A program made the position numbers and the translations under genes. Shown here in pieces: positions 26,931-32,000 of a stretch of DNA of 32,000 nt (its first letter is position 1; each line of letters opens with the position of its first letter). The notes under the pieces were generated by a model, which was not told the DNA's origin, did no database searches, and saw nothing but the letters and a program-made list of their open reading frames with translations. The DNA comes from Anaerobacillus isosaccharinicus (GTDB lineage: Bacteria > Bacillota > Bacilli > Bacillales > Anaerobacillaceae): contig NZ_CP063356.2 in the NCBI RefSeq assembly GCF_001866075.4, positions 826,164 through 858,163 on the forward strand, written 5' to 3'.

Positions 26931-27515
26931 GTGAATAAATTTGTTTTTTTACTACCAGTAAGTGTTATGTTTTTACTATTTTATTTTGGCTATCAGTATA
27001 TTAATAGTAGTGAAACAGCTACAAATGAATCTTTACAAAATGATATAGTGATTTCTTTGGATGCAAATCGAAGTGGGCAAGAGGTATTGTTACGAGGGAC
27101 ATGGGATTGGACGCAAATGCCTGTCGATGGGTTGATTGGTGATGATTATATTATGATTACGATTAAACAAGAAGATGATACACCAATTAATTCTTTAAAT
27201 GTTCTCTCAGCTGAGTTGTTCCTTTTAAAAGGTGAACAGCAGTTACAATCTGTTATTGGAGAAGTTGATCCAAATGGAATAGTGTTTACTTTTCCTAATA
27301 AAATCGTTGATCATGAGAGCTTTGGCAATAGAGGCGAAATAGAGGTTGTTCTTTATTTAGCCGACGAAGCATCCTACATAGCTACGTTTACTTATGTTCA
27401 CACATGGGTAGATCATCAACTAGTAGGCTTTAACCAACTTTATTCTTTAGAGGCTGGTCTACAAGATATACTTACAAATAAATATTGGTCAGTTAAACGA
27501 TTTTTAGAGTTTTAA
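26931..27515 (+). CDS. Hypothetical secreted or membrane-anchored protein (194 aa)
   Basis: GTG start with AAGGAGGGG RBS. N-terminal hydrophobic segment (FVFLLPVSVMFLLFYFGY). No family recognised. Confidence 0.6.
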   Translation: MNKFVFLLPVSVMFLLFYFGYQYINSSETATNESLQNDIVISLDANRSGQEVLLRGTWDWTQMPVDGLIGDDYIMITIKQEDDTPINSLNVLSAELFLLKGEQQLQSVIGEVDPNGIVFTFPNKIVDHESFGNRGEIEVVLYLADEASYIATFTYVHTWVDHQLVGFNQLYSLEAGLQDILTNKYWSVKRFLEF

Positions 27516-27530
27516 GGGGTGTGACGTTCA

Positions 27531-28601
27531 TTGATTAAGGGCATGTCTTATCAAAATGGGATATTCTTTATGGGAAAACGTCATATTTCTTGCGCTTATC
27601 ATGATCAGGGGAAGATTGTTGAATGGGTAAAGCCGTTAATTGGTAAATCACTTTTTATTGCATGTAAACAAGTCGTCATGGCAATGCCGCTGTGGTTTAA
27701 AATGTTCTCACTCCTTTATTTCGGAATGATTTTCATACCAAAATTCTCTACCTTAATTGGAAATGAATTTGCTTGGCAGGGATTTCCGTTTTATTTTTTG
27801 TTTTACTACATGTTTGGAACTCATTTTATTTTCCCTACTAGTTTACGTAAGTATCACGGTGCAGAGCATAAAGTATTTAGTTACCGGGGCGTTAAAGCGA
27901 TGTATAATGCTGAAAAAATAAAGCAAGCGAAAATTACTAATCGATATTGTTCTACAAATCTCGTTGTCGTTTATTTTCTCAGTGTCATTTTTTTAACGTT
28001 AGTGGCGTTAATATACTATCCGTTCCTTATTGCACTTGCCTGGGCTTCATATGGAGCTATTATAGTAGCGCCTTTAATAAATTCTCAGTTAAATCGTTTT
28101 GGTATGGGAGGATTTCGTCATTTTGTATTGAAGATTTCTTATTTTCTTCAAGAGCGAGTGACAACAGCACAACCGGACGATTTTCATATTAGAACAGCTA
28201 TTAGATCTTATCGACGGCTTGCTTTAAAGGAGTTCCCAAATGAACTTAAAGAACCAGTCAAACTGAAAAAGGAGGAAAAGAAATTGGCAATTGTAGATAT
28301 TACTATTATTCCGATCGGTACGAATGGACCAAGTGTAAGTAATTATGTAGTAGAAATCCATAAGGTGTTAGAGAGTTTTGGTGAAAAAGTCAACTTTCAA
28401 TTAACACCGATGAGTACGATTATAGAAGGTGAATTACCGGTATTATTCGAAGTCATCCAAGCGCTACATGAAGTTCCATTTGCGAAGGGTGTTCAAAGAG
28501 TGGCAACAAATATCCGGATCGATGATCGCCGCGATAAAGAGCAAACAATGTCAGGGAAATTAAATAGTGTTGAAGAAAAGCTAAAAAAAACAGAGATATA
28601 A
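27531..28601 (+). CDS. In-frame fusion: divergent DUF1385 (YqhQ-like) membrane domain plus UPF0045/DUF77 (MTH1187/YkoF-like, YqgV-like) domain
   Basis: The N-terminal part carries DUF1385-like blocks (MGKRH, LRKYHGAEHKVF, TTAQPDDFHIRTAIRSY) and several TM segments. The C-terminal 105 aa (AIVDITIIPIGTNGPSVSNYV...TPMSTIIEG...ATNIRIDDRRDK) are UPF0045-like. An internal GGAGG (28271-28275) followed 8 nt later by TTG (28284) lies in the same frame. Confidence 0.65.
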   Translation: MIKGMSYQNGIFFMGKRHISCAYHDQGKIVEWVKPLIGKSLFIACKQVVMAMPLWFKMFSLLYFGMIFIPKFSTLIGNEFAWQGFPFYFLFYYMFGTHFIFPTSLRKYHGAEHKVFSYRGVKAMYNAEKIKQAKITNRYCSTNLVVVYFLSVIFLTLVALIYYPFLIALAWASYGAIIVAPLINSQLNRFGMGGFRHFVLKISYFLQERVTTAQPDDFHIRTAIRSYRRLALKEFPNELKEPVKLKKEEKKLAIVDITIIPIGTNGPSVSNYVVEIHKVLESFGEKVNFQLTPMSTIIEGELPVLFEVIQALHEVPFAKGVQRVATNIRIDDRRDKEQTMSGKLNSVEEKLKKTEI

Positions 28602-28605
28602 TAAC

Positions 28606-28650
28606 AAAAGAACCTGGCTCAAGCGACTGAGTCAGGTTCTTTTAGTATTT
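28606..28650 (+). terminator. Rho-independent terminator
   Basis: AAAAGAACCTG (28606-28616) pairs with CAGGTTCTTTT (28633-28643). Inner CTCA/TGAG pairs are present and the tail is T-rich. Confidence 0.85.
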
Positions 28651-28695
28651 TTTAAAAAAAAGAAAGAATAACTTTTTGAATTTTAAAAGTTGTCT

Positions 28696-28889
28696 AGCTC
28701 CGAGCGCCAGCTGCTCCTGCGGTTACTCGTCGCAAAATTGCGGAGAAGTTGCTCAAGAAGTATTTGGCTCGAGGACAAATAACCTGACGAGGAAAAAGGA
28801 TTTCACTTTTTCTTAGATAAAAAGTGAAAAAGCGCACTTTTTTTCTGCCAGAACATTTGCTTGTCGCCGCTAGGTGGGCGCTCTTCGCT
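28696..28889. repeat. GC-rich structured intergenic element closed by inverted ends (MITE-like or structured RNA), including a central 11-bp hairpin
   Basis: AGCtccGAGCGCC (28696-28708) is the reverse complement of GGCGCTCttcGCT (28877-28889). Internal hairpins are CGCAAaaTTGCG (28731-28742) and TTTCACTTTTT / AAAAAGTGAAA (28801-28829). GC content is visibly far above the flanks. Confidence 0.5.
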
Positions 28890-28893
28890 TTTC

Positions 28894-29067
28894 TTAAGCA
28901 CCAGTTCCTGTGAAGGAAGATAAAATTGTCATGACAGAAAACCATCCAAAAACAGCAAACGATAAAAATGCAAATGCTGCTCCAAAAAGGTTTTTGCGAC
29001 GGAATTCACGGAGAATACCAAAGCCACTTAGAATTGCTACTAATAATGTAATTATACCTAAAACCAT
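28894..29067 (-). CDS. Small two-TM membrane protein (YqgW-like, DUF2759-type)
   Basis: Not in the ORF track (57 aa). Translation is MVLGIITLLVAILSGFGILREFRRKNLFGAAFAFLSFAVFGWFSVMTILSSFTGTGA. GGAGG RBS lies 9 nt upstream. The size and position match B. subtilis yqgW. It replaces the implausible 83-aa ORF at 28694..28945. Confidence 0.7.
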   Translation of the reverse strand: MVLGIITLLVAILSGFGILREFRRKNLFGAAFAFLSFAVFGWFSVMTILSSFTGTGA

Positions 29068-29211
29068 CCTGCAATACCTCCTAAATTAACTATGTAGTGT
29101 ATTATTTAATATTAATATGATTACCTAATATGAGTACACTATATCATTTTAAATGTTTTCAAATCGTTTGTCGAGGGGCACTTTGCAATAAAGCTAAAGT
29201 GAAAATAGTAT

Positions 29212-29688
29212 TTATGGATAAAATGTTACAATAATCTTATAAGCATCAGCAATTCCCTCAATTAATTCTTGATGATAACGCTCTACAAAATGTAACGTCT
29301 TGTCTGGTCCGGTATCAGAGGCAATTAGATGTTCATCCATTTGCTCTAATGCTCTTTGTATGTCTTTTTCATTATATCCTGAAGTCGTAAAAGGGATTAC
29401 TAATTCTTCATATAAATAATGTTTTTTTTCTTTTGAGGTAAACCCAAAATCGATAAAAGTATTCTTAGGATCAGGATTTTCTAGCAGATAAAGGGTGAAT
29501 CCTGCTTCAAAGACATTGTTTTCTTTTAACAGATTTTCCAGCTGTTGTTCATCACCACTATTATTTACAATAATACCGAATTGATAATAGTCTAGATGAT
29601 GTTCGTTAATAAAATGTTGAATATCCCTATAGTCAGGAAGAATTTCTGACGTTTCATTTACTAGCTCTAGCGCAATGTTTTTTTTCAT
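29212..29688 (-). CDS. Acidic cytoplasmic hypothetical protein (~158 aa)
   Basis: Clear ORF. The ATG at 29688 has GGGAGGG just upstream (short spacing), and the alternative TTG at 29700 has no RBS. No family recognised. Confidence 0.55.
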   Translation of the reverse strand: MKKNIALELVNETSEILPDYRDIQHFINEHHLDYYQFGIIVNNSGDEQQLENLLKENNVFEAGFTLYLLENPDPKNTFIDFGFTSKEKKHYLYEELVIPFTTSGYNEKDIQRALEQMDEHLIASDTGPDKTLHFVERYHQELIEGIADAYKIIVTFYP

Positions 29689-29849
29689 ATGCCCTCCCAA
29701 TATTGATAATTTTATGAATGTTTATTAAATCAATAATCGTGCATTTTTTTACTAGCTACAGCATCCTAGTATCTTTCAAACAATATTATGAAATTCATTA
29801 ATTTAAGTGTAAAATAAAAGACAACAAATATGCAAAGGAGACGATTTAG

Positions 29850-30488
29850 ATGGAGTGGAAACAAATACCGTTAGGGCCTTTACAAACTAACGCTTATGTT
29901 TTATATAATGAGAATAAAGAGGCTGTAATTTTTGATCCTGGTGGTGAGGGGGACAAATTAAACAAATGGCTTAAATCCGAAGGGTTATCACCAATCGCTA
30001 TTTTACTTACCCATGCCCATTTTGATCATATTGGTGCTGTTGATGAAGTACGTGATCATTGGGAAATTCCAGTCTATCTACATAAGAAGGAAAAAGAATG
30101 GTTAGCTGATCCGAAAAAAAATGGCTCCGCATTATTTATGGGGGTAAATGCTATAAAGGTAAAAAGTGCTGATTTTCTAATTAAAGAAGAAGGAAAACTT
30201 GAGATTGGTTCTTTTATTTTTGACGTGTTAGAAACACCCGGACATTCTCCAGGTAGCATTTCTTACTACTTTCAAAAGCTAGGGATAGTTTTCTCTGGAG
30301 ATGCTTTGTTTGCTGGTGGAATTGGGAGAACTGACTTACCAGGTGGAAGTCATGAAGTGTTAATGAATAGTATTAATCAAAAATTAATGGAATTACCAGA
30401 GAATACAATCGTTGCAAGTGGCCATGGTCCACTTACTAGAGTTGGTATCGAGATGGATTCCAATCCGTTTTTATCAGGTCTTGCTTAA
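29850..30488 (+). CDS. yqgX: MBL-fold metallo-hydrolase (glyoxalase II-like; YqgX-like)
   Basis: AAGGAG RBS. THAHFDHIG (HxHxDH), TPGHSPGS, GDALF, and ASGHGP motifs. 212 aa, as for B. subtilis YqgX. Confidence 0.8.
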   Translation: MEWKQIPLGPLQTNAYVLYNENKEAVIFDPGGEGDKLNKWLKSEGLSPIAILLTHAHFDHIGAVDEVRDHWEIPVYLHKKEKEWLADPKKNGSALFMGVNAIKVKSADFLIKEEGKLEIGSFIFDVLETPGHSPGSISYYFQKLGIVFSGDALFAGGIGRTDLPGGSHEVLMNSINQKLMELPENTIVASGHGPLTRVGIEMDSNPFLSGLA

Positions 30489-30542
30489 TTTTAATAAAAA
30501 AGGAAAATGGTGGAACACTATGAAAAACGAGGAGGTTTTAGT

Positions 30543-30758
30543 TTGAGTAGTGTTTCTATCTTTCCAATGAATTTATTCCAAGTGCTATTTGGGCTCTCTA
30601 TGAATGGGTGGATTTTAATCATTATCATGTTAAGTTTATCCGGAGCAGCTTTTTTTATCTATTACGGCGCTAAAAAAAGTGGTCAATTTGAAGATGTTGA
30701 AGGCATTAAGTATCGAATGCTATTTGAAGAAGAAGAAGAGTGGGAGCTTAACGATTAA
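30543..30758 (+). CDS. Small membrane protein with a CcoS/FixS-like motif
   Basis: The TTG at 30543 (GAGGAGG 7 nt upstream) is preferred over the ATG at 30507, which lacks an adequately spaced RBS. The segment WILIIIMLSLSGAAFFIYYGAKKSGQFEDVEGIKYRMLFEEEE resembles CcoS (…W/Y-A-x-K/R-SGQFDD…R-I/M-L…acidic tail). Confidence 0.45.
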   Translation: MSSVSIFPMNLFQVLFGLSMNGWILIIIMLSLSGAAFFIYYGAKKSGQFEDVEGIKYRMLFEEEEEWELND

Positions 30759-30870
30759 AAAAAAGGAAGCTGACTCTACGGGAGCCAGCTTCAAATGGGG
30801 AGTTAATCTTAGTTATCATAAATGAACTTTTGAGGGGAGGGGGAACTCCCGAAGATCATTGCTAACTTAC
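30757..30870 (-). ncRNA. Predicted ~113-nt small RNA with C-rich tracts
   Basis: It is bounded by a perfect-consensus sigma-A promoter (next feature; TSS predicted at the G at ~30870) and a minus-strand intrinsic terminator: GAAGCUGGCUCCCGUAGAGUCAGCUUC (30792-30766) followed by U8 (30764-30757). The RNA contains CCCCCUCCCCUC and CUCCCC. Confidence 0.6.
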
Positions 30871-30876
30871 AAATTT

Positions 30877-30905
30877 ATTATATAATGATATTAACAACGT
30901 GTCAA
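30877..30905 (-). promoter_or_regulatory. Perfect-consensus sigma-A promoter (minus strand)
   Basis: The minus strand reads TTGACA (30905-30900), cgttgttaatatcatta (17 nt), then TATAAT (30882-30877). An A/T-rich UP-like tract (AAAAAATAATTAAAAAAATAATTAA) lies upstream. Confidence 0.7.
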
Positions 30906-30968
30906 CAGTGTTAATTATTTTTTTAATTATTTTTTAGCATTCTGCGCTTTTCTAATGGGGGAGATGAA

Positions 30969-32000
30969 TTGAAAGATATTGTAGTAGAAAAAATAAAGAA
31001 AACTGATAAAAAATTGATGACCTATGCAGACTATATGAATTATGTCCTTTATGATCCAGAGATTGGATATTATATGAAAGACAAAAAAAAGCTCGGGCGA
31101 GATGGAGACTTTTATACGAGTAGTGGTGTTCATGCAGTGTTTGGACGGGCATTTGCACATTTTTTTCTAGATGTTATTGAAAAAGAGGGATTACCAGCAA
31201 CTATTTGTGAGTTTGGTGGTGGTGATGGAAGATTTGCAAAAGCGGTTCTTGATGAGTGGGAACTTATTACACAAAATAAGCCGTTAGATTATACGATTAT
31301 CGAGACGAGCCCTTTTCATAGACAAGAGCAAAGTAAACTTTTAAGTGAGAACAATAGATTTAGACAATTTGCTAGTTTAGAAGACTTACAGAAAAATGAG
31401 ACAAATCAATTTGAAGGAATTATCTTTTCAAATGAATTACTCGATGCTTTTCCAGTCCATGTTGTAGAAAAATTTGAACAGAATATCTTAGAAGTATTTG
31501 TTTCTGTTGACGAAAAAGAAAATCTGATTGAACGAAAAGAAGTCTGTACGAATGAAAAGATTCTTAATTGGCTAGCCACATACGGTCCACCTTTAATCGA
31601 AGGGCAGCGAATAGAAGTTCCTATTTATATGAATTCCTGGATGAAGAGCATAAATTCTTTCCTTAAACGAGGTTTTTTAATAACAATCGATTATGGCTTT
31701 ACGAAAGAAGACTGGGCGATGCCACAAAGGAAAGATGGTAGTCTTCGTGGATATTACAAGCATCAAATGATTAACAATCCGCTAGAAAATCCAACAGACA
31801 TGGATTTAACCACTCATATTCACTTAGATGCCTATGAAATGATAGCTAACGAGGTCGGCTTAAAAAAAGTTGTAGCAGAAAAACAAAATCGATTTTTAAT
31901 AATGATTGGAATGCTTAAATTTCTGCAAGAGAATTATGATCCAAATCCTTTTTCAAAAAAGAGTAAACTAAATCGAGCCATTAAAACTTTAATAATGGAT
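30969..32000 (+). CDS. Class I SAM-dependent methyltransferase, DUF185/COG1565 (NDUFAF7-like) family; 3' end beyond the window
   Basis: Absent from the ORF track because there is no stop in the window. TTG start with GGGGGAG RBS 5 nt upstream. The frame is open for 344 codons. Motifs: DFYTSSGVHAVFG, ICEFGGGDGRFA (SAM motif I), IFSNELLDAFPVH, and TIDYGF. Confidence 0.75.
   Translation, partial: MKDIVVEKIKKTDKKLMTYADYMNYVLYDPEIGYYMKDKKKLGRDGDFYTSSGVHAVFGRAFAHFFLDVIEKEGLPATICEFGGGDGRFAKAVLDEWELITQNKPLDYTIIETSPFHRQEQSKLLSENNRFRQFASLEDLQKNETNQFEGIIFSNELLDAFPVHVVEKFEQNILEVFVSVDEKENLIERKEVCTNEKILNWLATYGPPLIEGQRIEVPIYMNSWMKSINSFLKRGFLITIDYGFTKEDWAMPQRKDGSLRGYYKHQMINNPLENPTDMDLTTHIHLDAYEMIANEVGLKKVVAEKQNRFLIMIGMLKFLQENYDPNPFSKKSKLNRAIKTLIMD

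Noticed and set aside
28694-28945. 83-aa minus-strand ORF (MVFCHDNFIF...AGAAGARS)
   Set aside because: It runs through the GC-rich structured element and a terminator hairpin, has no RBS, and overlaps out of frame the well-supported 57-aa yqgW-like gene (28894..29067), which does have a GGAGG RBS.
30810-30860. 16-codon ORF inside the predicted sRNA (AUG AUC UUC GGG ... AAC UAA; MIFGSSPSPQKFIYDN)
   Set aside because: The AUG has no Shine-Dalgarno sequence and sits only ~11 nt from the predicted 5' end. It is most likely non-coding, although a small peptide cannot be excluded without ribosome profiling.
30859-30886. Plus-strand promoter TTGCTA-16-TATAAT for the methyltransferase gene, overlapping the minus-strand sRNA promoter
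   Set aside because: It is plausible but weaker than the perfect minus-strand consensus, and it relies on the same AT-palindromic TTATTATATAATGA segment. It is not annotated as a feature and would need 5' end mapping.
30927-31160. Two overlapping minus-strand ORFs (77 aa and 68 aa)
   Set aside because: Both are antisense to the 5' end of a plus-strand SAM-dependent methyltransferase gene that stays open for 344 codons to the window edge and carries clear family motifs.

Overview
This is a low-GC (roughly 35%) Bacillaceae chromosomal segment. It is syntenic with the B. subtilis yqz/yqg region: yqzC/yqzD-like genes, rpmG, yqgN, gluP, yqgQ, glcK and yqgU/V/W/X-like genes. Several accessory insertions interrupt this backbone.

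(1) A four-gene non-canonical alpha-glucan module lies at 1659-8359. It encodes a DUF4912 protein, a GH57 branching-enzyme::GT4 glycosyltransferase fusion, a sugar-1-P nucleotidyltransferase fused to a phosphohexomutase-like domain with all four catalytic motifs degraded, and a small GH15-N-like protein.

(2) A block carrying ThiF/MoeB-like, ldh, HAD, M42 peptidase, an orphan GerAA/SpoVAF-like gene and a YueI-like gene.

(3) An MsmX/MalK-like ABC ATPase paralogue with degraded catalytic motifs, translationally coupled to glcK.

(4) An intact 1885-bp DDE insertion sequence (12-bp inverted repeats, TAAG target duplication). It sits exactly between a strong sigma-A promoter and the RBS of the yqgU-like lipoprotein gene.

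(5) A TPP-riboswitch-controlled thiE-thiS-thiD operon.

(6) A DUF1385::UPF0045 (YqgV-like) in-frame fusion with an internal RBS and TTG.

(7) A predicted ~113-nt minus-strand small RNA with a perfect TTGACA-N17-TATAAT promoter, C-rich (anti-SD-like) tracts and an intrinsic terminator.

Other non-coding signals are heptanucleotide tandem arrays at gene 3' ends and a ~195-nt GC-rich element closed by inverted ends. Two genes shorter than 60 aa are missing from the ORF track (rpmG and a yqgW-like gene), as is a 3'-truncated methyltransferase gene. No rRNA, tRNA or CRISPR was seen. All functional calls come from motif reading and recalled family signatures. No database search was possible.
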